The position numbers and the translations under genes are program-made. From positions 1 through 64,000 of the forward strand of contig JAWODC010000026.1 of assembly GCA_046483495.1 (NCBI GenBank): a stretch of 64,000 bases of DNA, read 5' to 3'. Shown here piece after piece: positions 8,125 to 17,863 of the stretch (position 1 is the first letter of the stretch; every line of letters begins with the position of its first letter). The notes below the pieces were generated by a model. It worked only from the letters and a program-made list of their open reading frames with translations. It searched no databases and was not told where the DNA came from. The stretch is from Desulfobacterales bacterium (GTDB lineage Bacteria > Desulfobacterota > Desulfobacteria > Desulfobacterales > UBA5616).

Positions 8125-10842
8125 TCAACGCATTTCTTCTTTTCCGGCTTTCATTGACTGCCCGGTGCGCAGAACCTGGCCCCACACAAACGGCACCAGG
8201 CTGATTCCAATGATCAGCAGCCATCCGTTTAACCCGGGATTCCGGGTCTGAAGAAGCCCTGACAAGCCCGGCATATAAACGGCCGCGATCAGCAGAGCGA
8301 TACAGAGCACGATCGAGCCGGCAACGTACGGGTTTTGAACGATTTCATTATCGAATATCTTTGAGCCGGGAATTCGAAGGTTGTACACAAACCACAGCTT
8401 GCCGAAAGCCAGCGTCAGGAAGGATGCCGTAACCGCCCTGCGCTGGTCGAACCCCATCAGGTAAAAAGCCGCCATAAGCGCCCCGAGAACGCAGAGGGCC
8501 ACGAGAAAGGCCCAACCCCCGATCGCCGCCCAGTGTGATCCGGTCAGTATGGATTCGCTGCGGGGTCGGGGCTTGCGTTTCATAATGCCCGGCTCCCCTT
8601 TTCCCATTCCCAGGGCAAGCGCCGGAAAAACATCCGTGATGACATTCAGGTAAAGGATTTGAAGCGGCAGCAGCGGAATCGGAAGGGCGGTAAATCCGCC
8701 GGCGGCGCTGGCTGCTGCAACCGCAATCACTTCGGCAACGTTCGTGCACAGCATAAACATCACGGATTTTCGAATATTGCCGAAAATGATGCGGCCCTGA
8801 TGCACGGCGGCCACAATCGACGAAAAGGCATCATCCCGCAGCACCATGTCCGCCGCCTGCCGAGCGGCATCCGTACCCCGTTTTCCCATGGCGATGCCGA
8901 TGTCGGCTTTTTTAAGGGCCGGTGCATCGTTCACCCCGTCCCCGGTCATGGCTACAGTTTCGCCTTCCTCCTGCATCAGCTTTATCAGGTGAAGCTTCTG
9001 CTCGGGATTCACACGGGCGAAAATGGTCGTTTCAACAGCATGTTTTCGCTCTTCGGGCGACATGTCGTCCGGGTCCTTGAGCTCACTTCCATGGATCACC
9101 GGCGGGTTTTCTTCATCAACGGATACTTCCGTCTGTTTTGCAATCGCTGCAGCGGTCGCCGGCTGATCTCCGGTAACCATGACCACCCTGATTCCGGCCT
9201 CGCGGCATTGGGCTATGGAATGCCGAACTTCCTCCCGCGGAGGGTCGAGCAGTCCGACCAACCCCAAAAAACGCAGGTTCTCGTAAGGCTCTTCATCGGC
9301 GTTTTCCACTGTTTTATCGGCGATCGCCAGAAGACGCAGCCCCTCTCCGGCCAATGCTTCAGCCCGGTCTTTCCATTTTTTTCGGGCTTCTTCATCGAGC
9401 GCTTGATCGTCATCCGGGCTGTCGGCTATGCGGCTGCAGGCGTCAAGGACCCGGCCCGGGGCTCCTTTAACATCGACTTCGATGCCGCCTTCGGTCCGAT
9501 GATACGTCGCCATCATCATCACTTCCGAATCGAAGGGGACTTCGCGCTCTTCCGGCTTTTGCTCGAGAAGGCCTTTTCTGTCCATGTCGATCAGGAGTCC
9601 GGCCCGCAGCAAAGCCGTTTCCGTCGGATCTCCCTGTTCTTCATCGGGTTCTTGGTCGTTGTCCGTATCGAGCAGTGATGCGTTATTGCACAATACCCCG
9701 GCTTCGATTATCCGCCGCAAAAGGGGGTCATCCGCCCCTTGTTCACCGCCCTGAATCTTTTTTTCCCCCTCATGGATATCGAAATCTCCGGCGGATGTGG
9801 CGACCTTTCGCAGGCTCATTCGGTTTTCGGTCAGCGTGCCGGTTTTGTCCGTAAAAATGATACGGGTGGCACCCAGGGTTTCCACCGCAGGCAGTTTGTT
9901 GATCAGGGCGTTTCGTTGAGCCATCAGGTACATGCCCCGGGCGAGGGCGATGGTCGCTACAATGGGAAGGCCCTCGGGAATAGCGGCAACACCCAGGGCG
10001 ATGGCTGTTTCGATCATCTTTTCAGTTTCCCGGCCGGCCAGAAGACCGATCCCGGCGATCAAGCCGGCAATGGCGAGCGTGATCCATGCCAGCCGACGGC
10101 CGAGATCATTGAGGCGCTTCTGAAGCGGTGTGGTCTCTTTTTCCGCGCTTTCAGCCATTTCGGCGATATGGCCGAGTTCGGTTTGCATGCCGGTGGCCGT
10201 CACCACCCCTTCACCCGAACCTTCGTTGATGGTTGTCCCCTTATACAGCATGCATTTTCGATCGGCCAGTGGCGCATCGGGAGCTACAGGGTCCGTCTGC
10301 TTGAGCACTGCAACCGATTCGCCGGTCAGGGCCGATTCGTTTACCCGCAGGTTGTTCGACTCGATCAGCCGGATATCGGCAGGCGACAGGTCCCCGCTGT
10401 CAAGGACCACCACATCCCCAGGCACCAGGTTTTCCGCCTCGATTTCTGATTCATCGCCGCCGCGCCGGACTCGAATCGTGTCGCCGCCGAGTTCGCGCAG
10501 GGCCTCCATGGAGCGGACGGCCTTCCATTCCGTGACAAAGCCGAGTCCGGCATTGATGAGCAGAACCGCGGCAATGGCGATGCCTTCGGCCCAGTGCTGG
10601 AAAGTTAACGCAACAGCACCTGCAATCACGAGCACGATGATAACCATGCTCTTGAATTGATCGATAAGCATCAGCCATGCGCTGCGGGTCTTCGCCTCTC
10701 GAAGTCGGTTCGGACCATGGCGCTCCAACCGGCGCCGGACGTCCTCCTGGCTTAAACCCTGTTTCGCAGTAACGCCGAGTTTTTCCAGCGTGTCGTCGAC
10801 CGGTATGGAAAAGTATGCGGCCTTAGGCTTATTTTCATTCAT
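8125..10842 (-). CDS. Cation-transporting P-type ATPase (type IIA, Ca2+-like)
   Basis: TGES, PEGL, DKTGTLT, KGAP, TGDGVNDAPAL motifs; AGGAG RBS before ATG at 10842. Confidence 0.93.
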   Translation of the reverse strand: MNENKPKAAYFSIPVDDTLEKLGVTAKQGLSQEDVRRRLERHGPNRLREAKTRSAWLMLIDQFKSMVIIVLVIAGAVALTFQHWAEGIAIAAVLLINAGLGFVTEWKAVRSMEALRELGGDTIRVRRGGDESEIEAENLVPGDVVVLDSGDLSPADIRLIESNNLRVNESALTGESVAVLKQTDPVAPDAPLADRKCMLYKGTTINEGSGEGVVTATGMQTELGHIAEMAESAEKETTPLQKRLNDLGRRLAWITLAIAGLIAGIGLLAGRETEKMIETAIALGVAAIPEGLPIVATIALARGMYLMAQRNALINKLPAVETLGATRIIFTDKTGTLTENRMSLRKVATSAGDFDIHEGEKKIQGGEQGADDPLLRRIIEAGVLCNNASLLDTDNDQEPDEEQGDPTETALLRAGLLIDMDRKGLLEQKPEEREVPFDSEVMMMATYHRTEGGIEVDVKGAPGRVLDACSRIADSPDDDQALDEEARKKWKDRAEALAGEGLRLLAIADKTVENADEEPYENLRFLGLVGLLDPPREEVRHSIAQCREAGIRVVMVTGDQPATAAAIAKQTEVSVDEENPPVIHGSELKDPDDMSPEERKHAVETTIFARVNPEQKLHLIKLMQEEGETVAMTGDGVNDAPALKKADIGIAMGKRGTDAARQAADMVLRDDAFSSIVAAVHQGRIIFGNIRKSVMFMLCTNVAEVIAVAAASAAGGFTALPIPLLPLQILYLNVITDVFPALALGMGKGEPGIMKRKPRPRSESILTGSHWAAIGGWAFLVALCVLGALMAAFYLMGFDQRRAVTASFLTLAFGKLWFVYNLRIPGSKIFDNEIVQNPYVAGSIVLCIALLIAAVYMPGLSGLLQTRNPGLNGWLLIIGISLVPFVWGQVLRTGQSMKAGKEEMR

Positions 10843-11576
10843 ATTCCTGTGCTGACTCCTTTTCAAATGCTCTTTTTCGTTGAAGCCACCCGGCAATTAC
10901 CCCCCAGGCCATGGCCCAGCCGGCCAGGACATCGGTGGGCCAGTGGACGTCGAGGTAAACGCGGCTTATACCCACGGCGACCGTAACTAAAAGCGCCAGA
11001 CTTATCACATAGGCTTTTTCGCGAATCCGCCTTAAAATCCGGGCGAGCAAAGCGCCCAGCGTGAGGTATGTCACCGCAGACATGGTTGAATGCCCACTCG
11101 GGAAGCTTGCCGTATAAACGTACGATCCATGAGAAACAAGGTCCGTCCTCGGCCGGTCAAAACCTGTTTTCATGAGATTGCTGAGCAGAAGCCCCCCGCC
11201 GACTGCAATGAGTATGAAAATCGCGGTACGGATTTTTTTTTCAGCATCAAAAAACCGGCTGATGAAAGGGTAATAAACGTCAGTATCCCGAGCCCCCCCA
11301 ACGCCGTGACATCTCTTCCCATTTCTTCGACCACTTGGGACCGACCGGGTCCGACAGATCATCCGGGTTGCGCATGGCAATAATGAGCTTTTGGTCGAAT
11401 ACCCGGGTTTCTCCCTCGATCATTTTATCGGCCAATTCGATAAAGATCCAGATGCCGGCCACGATAAAGATGACAATGATCAAAACCGCCGGCTCAAATG
11501 CGCGAAACCGCTTCCAAATGGATGAAATCCGACGGATTTTAGGGTGCGTTTCCGATTCTGAGTGCATACTTTTCAA
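10835..11576 (-). pseudogene. PAP2 family phosphatase interrupted by two 1-bp frameshifts (pseudogene or sequencing error)
   Basis: K…RP, SFPSGH and SRVYLDVHWPTDV motifs; reading across three frames gives …PVGPKW/(V)EEMGRDVTALGGLGILTFITLSSAGFLML/KKKIRTA; shifts at ~11331 and in the A9 run at ~11233-11241. Confidence 0.75.
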
Positions 11577-11811
11577 TCATTTTTTCTGCAAAAGGTTTCT
11601 TTTTTTGTGGAGGACAACCCGAAACGGCACTGACGCAAACCATAACTACTTGGAATTACATTTTAAATACGAATTATCCTGTATTTGTGAAGCTTTTTTC
11701 CTGCATTTTCCGACCGTCTGATGTTCGGCGGCCGAACATTGCTTTTCTGATATTTCATCGATCTGATTTTAACCGATTCAAATGACTTATGGCCGTTTTC
11801 AGTGAATGGAA

Positions 11812-11954
11812 AGGTAGGGTTTTACCGTATTCCAAACAGGAGGGATCGCTTGTTCAAAAAAACGCATTCGGTTGAAAAAATATAATAAAAACATATACAT
11901 ATAAAAAACTTGACAGGCAAAACAATAGAATGATAGGTAGGGTTTTCCCGTATT
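11812..11954. promoter_or_regulatory. Pair of 20-bp near-identical boxes AGGTAGGGTTTT(A/C)CCGTATT, putative operator sites
   Basis: 11812-11831 and 11935-11954, 19/20 identical, in an AT-rich divergent promoter region. Confidence 0.5.
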
Positions 11955-11989
11955 TGATCTCAGAAAACCATGTAGAAGGGATATAAACC

Positions 11990-13345
11990 ATGGCGGGCAA
12001 AACCAGAGCGAAATTTACGGTTATCGTGATGATCGTGGCGCTTGGCTGGATTTTTTCCTCTGCCGGATATTCGTTTGAGAAACCATCCCATTCTGACATG
12101 ATTTCCGGAACCCAAAGGCTTCCGGACCCGTCGGATTTCGCCCAATCGACCATGCTGGTTCTGTTTACGGTCAAAAACGGAAAAATCGATAAATCCGTAT
12201 ATCCTGTTGCAGATCTTTTAAAGAGTCCTGAAATCAGTGTAGACGGTTATGTGGCGGGCATCGTCGCCCTCAGCGAAACCGAACTGACGGTATCATTGAA
12301 CGGCAAACGGATGCGCAAAGTCAAACAAAGGAAAGACGGTACGTTGTTCTTTGATTATTTCGGCAAATTGAATCCGACGGATATATTTGTTTTCGGTATG
12401 GCGGACAACAGGGATTTCGAACAGGAAACGATTAACCTCTACTTCGAAGATCATGATGTGCAGGGATATTCCTACTTCCCAAAAATCACCGGTGATGCGG
12501 TAAGTCCGGATGACCGATTCGATATCGACATCCTGAAAAACGGGAAGCGATTGGAATTGGCGGTTTATCAGAAGGGATACCGCAATCTGCCGACCAAAGG
12601 ATTTCACCGGTTCAGGTATGTCGGGGACCTCGATGCGGTAATCGGTCCGCAGGATAGCGATGTTGTAAAGAGACTTGAAGCCATTAGCGACGGCATCGCC
12701 GAAGTGGAAAGGGCTTTCGAGGTGAACCTGGTCCGAAATGTCAATATCGTCGACTGCAAGGGCATTCACAATGCATTAACGCGTGACGGATACGATGACA
12801 TATGGTTTTTTGTGGAGACATTTCAACAGGAACCGATCGCAGAATTGAAAACCATATCGACGCACGAGGTGCTGCACCTGCTTGTCCAACGATTCGATTT
12901 GACCCAGTCACCCGCTATCCGTGAAATTTTTGCCGATCTGAAGCAGTTGGATGAATTGTCATTTGAGCGATTTTGTCTCATGACACGCGGTATTATGAAA
13001 TATCCGACCTCTTCGAATGATGATCACGTATTTTTCTCATTCATTAACGAAAAAAATTATTTTGACGGCTGCAAGGGCGGGCATTCCCAGGACAATCTGG
13101 ACGAGTTTTGCACCTCCTTTCTTCACACCCTCCTGTATTCCGAACGAATACCGGAAAACCTGCACAGGCGGTGTATCGAGGCGGACCGGCCCGTCCGTGA
13201 CCTGAGTTCCGGTGAAAAGGACGAAATTCTATCGTATTATGAAAGAGTGATCGCGTCGCTCATCGAATCGGTCGGCGGCAAAAGTATGGATTTCGAGTCT
13301 TTTTTAGAGGCGAACCTGGCCTACATCGGCGATCTGCACATGTAG
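11990..13345 (+). CDS. Secreted hypothetical protein with HExxH zinc-metallopeptidase motif
   Basis: Signal peptide; 'STHEVLHLL'; downstream 'GHSQDNLDEFCTSF' could provide a third ligand. Confidence 0.55.
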   Translation: MAGKTRAKFTVIVMIVALGWIFSSAGYSFEKPSHSDMISGTQRLPDPSDFAQSTMLVLFTVKNGKIDKSVYPVADLLKSPEISVDGYVAGIVALSETELTVSLNGKRMRKVKQRKDGTLFFDYFGKLNPTDIFVFGMADNRDFEQETINLYFEDHDVQGYSYFPKITGDAVSPDDRFDIDILKNGKRLELAVYQKGYRNLPTKGFHRFRYVGDLDAVIGPQDSDVVKRLEAISDGIAEVERAFEVNLVRNVNIVDCKGIHNALTRDGYDDIWFFVETFQQEPIAELKTISTHEVLHLLVQRFDLTQSPAIREIFADLKQLDELSFERFCLMTRGIMKYPTSSNDDHVFFSFINEKNYFDGCKGGHSQDNLDEFCTSFLHTLLYSERIPENLHRRCIEADRPVRDLSSGEKDEILSYYERVIASLIESVGGKSMDFESFLEANLAYIGDLHM

Positions 13346-13354
13346 GCCTACCCG

Positions 13355-13425
13355 ATTGAGAGCTGAGAAGAATTGAATTGAATCTGTTACCTGTTCACGT
13401 TGTGCGGCACTTCTCAGCTCTCAAT
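13355..13425. repeat. Perfect 16-bp inverted repeat between convergent genes; probable terminator
   Basis: ATTGAGAGCTGAGAAG (13355-13370) / CTTCTCAGCTCTCAAT (13410-13425), followed by a T-run. Confidence 0.65.
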
Positions 13426-14041
13426 TTTTTTTTGCCGGCCCGGCACATAAATCCTCGCGCAAGGCGATCGAAAACTGTTCAATAAGTCCGCTCATGGCGT
13501 CGGCGAAAGTCGCCGGATCGCCTCTGTGACGGGTGGGGCTTTGATATCGGTAAGTTTCTTTAAACAGCACGTTATCTTTTCCCCTGTCGGTGATGACAAC
13601 CACCACTTCCAAAACGGCTTTTGCTTTGGAATTTTCTTCAGCCCATGCAAATTGAAGAATTTTTCCGTTCATTTCAAGCGGAACGCTGACAAGATCTCCC
13701 GATGACGTCACCCTGCTGAAAAGCGGGTCGCGGCTGAAATCGTCGGCCAGTTTCTGGGCGATCATTTCTCCGGGCCTGCCGACCCATCGGTTTTTAAAAG
13801 AGAGTTGGACATCCCTTTGGGTCCCTAAGACAACCATTTCGTTGCGGTTGTAGGGGATGTTCTCCGTAAATGAGCGTATTCTCAACCCCTTCTGAATGGA
13901 TTCGGCACATCCTACTTCACGGTAAGGGTATTGAAGTTTGAAGTAGGTCGTTTCAACGGGTTGTCTAAACGGCAGCGAACATTGAACCGCAAAACCACAG
14001 AACACCAGCAGGATAATACGCCAAATGCCATTCATCACCAC
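13421..14041 (-). CDS. ABC-type transport auxiliary lipoprotein (PqiC-like)
   Basis: Lipobox-like 'FAVQC'; 'NRWVGRPGEMI'; last gene of MCE operon. Confidence 0.75.
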   Translation of the reverse strand: MVMNGIWRIILLVFCGFAVQCSLPFRQPVETTYFKLQYPYREVGCAESIQKGLRIRSFTENIPYNRNEMVVLGTQRDVQLSFKNRWVGRPGEMIAQKLADDFSRDPLFSRVTSSGDLVSVPLEMNGKILQFAWAEENSKAKAVLEVVVVITDRGKDNVLFKETYRYQSPTRHRGDPATFADAMSGLIEQFSIALREDLCAGPAKKN

Positions 14042-14940
14042 TACCTTTCATCAAAAGGATCCTCCTGTTTGGAAGGCACCAGGAGGCGACTGGGTTGTTG
14101 TTGAATGCTTTCGACAAGTGTATTCAACTGAACCACCAACCGATTTAACTGTTCGAGGGTCTGAGCCATGAGAACGGAAGATTCGCCAAGCTGCTGATCC
14201 AGGGTCATAAACAGATCCTGGGCCAGGGCGGCGGTTTTATTGATACGGGCCTGAAGATTCGGAAGCGCTTTCGGCGGCAGTCCTGCAAATTGCGTTTCCA
14301 GGACAGCGGCGATATCCCGGGTGGATTCCAAAAGGGCCTTTAAGTTTTTCAGGCTTTTCTCCACGTCTTTTTCGCCGATCAGATCGGTAACCCGGTCCAT
14401 CAGCCTTGTCGATGATTGCGCCGCTTTTGTGAAAGCCGCCATGGATTCCCCGAATTCCAAATCCATGACTTTCCCGTAAAGCACTTCCAGCGCGGTTTTG
14501 AGTTGCTCGAGTTCCGAGGGAATGGCTGGAATGACGGGGTACTCCGGTGAAAACGTAAGTTCCGGCGTCAATTCATCGATATTTTTGGGCGCCGAGTCTA
14601 TTTCAAGGTACTGCAGACCGGTTAATCCCTGCTGCCGTACCTGGACCACCATAAAATCCGCCACATCGAAATCGGTCCGCAGTCCCATGCGTATTTCGAT
14701 CAGACGGCCGTCCGGCGCCAGACGGATGGATTCCACCCGTCCCACTGAAATGCCGCGGTAATTGATTACGGCATCCTCCTGCAAGCCTTTGACCGATTCA
14801 TCGAGATAGGTTGCGTAGGTCTTCGTGTCCTCGAAGAAATAGGCAAGCCCCAACCAGATCAGAACACCCGTGATCAAGGCGAGACAGATGATGACGAATA
14901 CTCCGATTTTAAAGTGACTGACTTCTCGGCTCACGTGCAA
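14041..14940 (-). CDS. mlaD: MlaD/MCE family protein
   Basis: N-terminal TM; 'SVKGL…INYRGISVGRV…QGLTGLQYLEI'; C-terminal helical region. Confidence 0.9.
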   Translation of the reverse strand: MHVSREVSHFKIGVFVIICLALITGVLIWLGLAYFFEDTKTYATYLDESVKGLQEDAVINYRGISVGRVESIRLAPDGRLIEIRMGLRTDFDVADFMVVQVRQQGLTGLQYLEIDSAPKNIDELTPELTFSPEYPVIPAIPSELEQLKTALEVLYGKVMDLEFGESMAAFTKAAQSSTRLMDRVTDLIGEKDVEKSLKNLKALLESTRDIAAVLETQFAGLPPKALPNLQARINKTAALAQDLFMTLDQQLGESSVLMAQTLEQLNRLVVQLNTLVESIQQQPSRLLVPSKQEDPFDER

Positions 14941-14945
14941 ATCCT

Positions 14946-15746
14946 TTATTCGATTTGATCCACCGGTTTCCTTCGGAAAAAGGCCTGTACCCGGGGGGAT
15001 CTGTTTTCCGATTTCAGGCGTTCAGGCGTATCGATCGCGACAATGCCTTTCTGTTCCATATCCAACATAATGGACCGGTGACTGATGGCTTCGATGCTGC
15101 CCAATTCGTGGGTGACCACAACCATGGTAATCCCCAGGGTCCGGTTGAATTCAATGAGCAGCCGGTCGATTTCTGATCCGGTTACCGGGTCGAGTCCCGC
15201 GGTCGGTTCATCGCAAAAGAGGACTTCCGGATCCAACGCCATTGCCCGGGCGAGCCCCGCTCTTTTCTGCATGCCTCCGCTCAAATCCGCAGGCATGTAA
15301 TCGCCGTAGGATTCGAGGTGGACCAGTTGCAGTTTAAGCCGCACAATTTCCTTGACCAGATCTTCCGGAAGAGCACCGTATTCCCTCAGGGGCAGGGCGA
15401 TGTTTTCGTTAAGATTAAAGGATCCAAGAAGTGCGCCGGACTGAAAGAGAACCCCGATGGAACGCTTTCGCTCATGAATGCCGAAAGATTTATCACCGGT
15501 AATATCTTCACCATGTAAGAAAATCTTTCCTTTCATTGGAGCCAGCAAACCGATCATGCCTTTCAGCAGAGTGCTTTTCCCGGAACCGCTGCTTCCCAAA
15601 ATCGTGACGATTTCTCCTGCATAAACGCTGAAATTGATGTTTTCCAGAATGGCTGTAGTGTTATAGCCCAATGAAAGATCCTCTACACGGATGATTTCCC
15701 GATCGCTGTCTGTTTTACCGAATGCCATTTGATTTCCGGCTACCAC
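14946..15746 (-). CDS. mlaF: MlaF-like ABC ATPase
   Basis: GSSGSGKS, LSGGMQKRAGLARA, DEPTAGLDP, VTH. Confidence 0.92.
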   Translation of the reverse strand: MVAGNQMAFGKTDSDREIIRVEDLSLGYNTTAILENINFSVYAGEIVTILGSSGSGKSTLLKGMIGLLAPMKGKIFLHGEDITGDKSFGIHERKRSIGVLFQSGALLGSFNLNENIALPLREYGALPEDLVKEIVRLKLQLVHLESYGDYMPADLSGGMQKRAGLARAMALDPEVLFCDEPTAGLDPVTGSEIDRLLIEFNRTLGITMVVVTHELGSIEAISHRSIMLDMEQKGIVAIDTPERLKSENRSPRVQAFFRRKPVDQIE

Positions 15747-16897
15747 GATAATCCATAGAATAGTGCTGTGAATACGGCATCAGCCGCGATAATCAAAAAA
15801 ATGCCGCTGACGACCGCAGATGTCGTTTGGCGGCCGACGCTCTGGGCTCCTTTCCCCGTTTGCAGCCCCCTGAAACAGCCGATCGACGAAACCAGTACGG
15901 CGAATACGAAACTTTTGAGCAAACCGGTGAGAACATCTCCCATGGTAAGCGCCAGGCGGACTTCGTTCAAAAATGCGGCCGCGGTAAGATCCAGGCTCGT
16001 CATGCCGACCACCACACCGCCGATTACGGCGGACGCATTGCCAAAAATCGTGAGCAGCGGTCCGGCCAGTGCTAATGCGGCCACTTTCGGAAGTACGAGA
16101 AATTCCTGCACACCAATGCCCATGACGGTTATCGCGTCCACCTCTTCGTTCACTTTCATGGTCCCGATTTCTGCGGCATACGCCGAGCCGGAGCGGCCTG
16201 CAAGAATGACGGCGGTAAATACCGGCCCCAGTTCACGGAAAACGGAAATGCTGACAAGATCGGCGACATAGATATTGGCCCCGAACTGCCGAAGCTGAAC
16301 GGCCGCCTGAAATGCCAGGACCAGTCCGATGAGAAAACTCAACAAAAAGACGATCGGCAGTGCCTCGTAGCCGGACGACTGCAGGTAGTACATTGTCTCC
16401 TTCCACCGCATCCTGCCCTGGCCTTTGACTATTTCAAAGCAGGTATCCGCCATGTTTTTGATAAATGAAAAGAGGCCCAGCGTTCTTTCGGCTTCCCGTT
16501 CAACCATCTTTCCCAGCTGCGAAACCGGGTTCGGTTTGCGGGTGGGCGGCGTTTCCGGAAATGCGGATTCCATCTCGACATACCGGAAAAAATTACGGAC
16601 TCTCGCCGGAGCGGAGTTTAAGTCCATTTCCATTCCCCGCTCCCGGCAGTATCGCCGAATCATCCGTAAAAGTGCGATTCCGGAACTGTCGAAGGCTTCC
16701 ACCTGTACAAAATCGAGTACAATTCGATTTCCCGGATGCGTGGACAAAAACCGATCCACTTCGGCCCAGATGGACTGTATATGATCGAAATCGACCCTCT
16801 CAGGAAAAATATACCGCGATTTCTCCCGCATTTCAGTGCCGGATCGATGTTCACCGTTTGCAGCGATCAAAAAGCCTCCTGAAAGAAGATGATTCAT
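15740..16897 (-). CDS. mlaE: MlaE family permease with N-terminal STAS domain
   Basis: STAS 'FDSSGIALL'; 'RELGP…AGRSGSAYAAEIGTMKVNEEVDA'; start codon uncertain. Confidence 0.9.
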   Translation of the reverse strand: MNHLLSGGFLIAANGEHRSGTEMREKSRYIFPERVDFDHIQSIWAEVDRFLSTHPGNRIVLDFVQVEAFDSSGIALLRMIRRYCRERGMEMDLNSAPARVRNFFRYVEMESAFPETPPTRKPNPVSQLGKMVEREAERTLGLFSFIKNMADTCFEIVKGQGRMRWKETMYYLQSSGYEALPIVFLLSFLIGLVLAFQAAVQLRQFGANIYVADLVSISVFRELGPVFTAVILAGRSGSAYAAEIGTMKVNEEVDAITVMGIGVQEFLVLPKVAALALAGPLLTIFGNASAVIGGVVVGMTSLDLTAAAFLNEVRLALTMGDVLTGLLKSFVFAVLVSSIGCFRGLQTGKGAQSVGRQTTSAVVSGIFLIIAADAVFTALFYGLSW

Positions 16898-17332
16898 GGA
16901 GATAGTAGTCTACTGATATAAACAGATGTGAGAAAATAACGGTATTCCTGTATTTTTCACTGATAAACAGGTAACTTTCTCCTCTAAAAAGGCTGATTCA
17001 GACCGGATCGGCAATCGAAGCGGTAAGGCAAACGCCGAAATGCAACGTTGTTCCCCAAAAAAAAATGGGTTTGGATTGAAAATGGTTCCGAATGCCTTCA
17101 TTTCGATCATCGCAACCGGCCGGGTAAGAAAATAAGGCTATTGCCGCAATCCAAGTTCAGCCAATACAGGTTTTGCCCTATAGGCTTTGCCCGCTTGTGC
17201 GATATAGTTCTTATAGGTATGCAATGTTTATTAAACCTACGTAAAGAATTTGTCAAATGTGTAAACCGGTCCGCACGTATAGAATGCGCATGCGATCCGG
17301 TATACCGCCTTTGGGAAAGGAGGTGATGTGTG

Positions 17333-17506
17333 ATGTGTTACAACTGCGGATGCGGCAGCGCTACGGATGACCATGGAAAAGGCCATATGGGAGTAGACCC
17401 CGACGGCAAGGCTATCACCGAAAAATCCTTCGAAGCCGCCGGCAAGGCGTTTGGCATGGATACGGAACGCTCCAAAAAGAATACGCACGACCTGCTGAAG
17501 AAATGA
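17333..17506 (+). CDS. 57-aa CxxCGC small protein, putative metal-binding (not in ORF track)
   Basis: AAGGAGGTGA Shine-Dalgarno; MCYNCGCGSATDDHGKGHMGVDPDGKAITEKSFEAAGKAFGMDTERSKKNTHDLLKK*. Confidence 0.8.
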   Translation: MCYNCGCGSATDDHGKGHMGVDPDGKAITEKSFEAAGKAFGMDTERSKKNTHDLLKK

Positions 17507-17523
17507 GGGCTGCATTTCGAACC

Positions 17524-17552
17524 GGCACGGAGGGTTTCGTGCTCTCCGTGCC
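17524..17552 (+). terminator. GC-rich hairpin downstream of the small ORF
   Basis: GGCACGGAG / CTCCGTGCC 9-bp stem; no clear U tract. Confidence 0.4.
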
Positions 17553-17863
17553 CCGTGGTGATCAAACGATTAGGGTTACAGGATGGACCCCATTTACGAA
17601 TAAAGATAAGATGATAAATTGCAAAGTATAAGACCTTCGAAAGGTTCGGCAAAGAATGCTGCTGTTTTCCCCTGAAAGGGGGGAAGGAAAAAATGTGTCG
17701 GCGTATTGCTTTAAGGAAGATAAAGAAAAGGCTTTAGGCACCGCCCAATGCGGCAGAAGCAAAGCCGGGTTCTGCCGGAACATGCATAGGTTTTCCTTCC
17801 CCCCTGGCGGGGGAAAAAGCTTTCACCTCTGCTGAAGTAAATTTGAACGAGGGGTGATATCAT

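Noticed and set aside
8659..10449. 339-aa and 236-aa plus-strand ORFs
   Set aside because: Antisense to the clearly identified P-type ATPase
17560..17830. Several short hairpins and GAAA loops suggesting a riboswitch (e.g. c-di-GMP-I)
   Set aside because: Conserved GGCAAAC…GAAA…GACGCAAA arrangement not matched; an Infernal/Rfam scan would be needed
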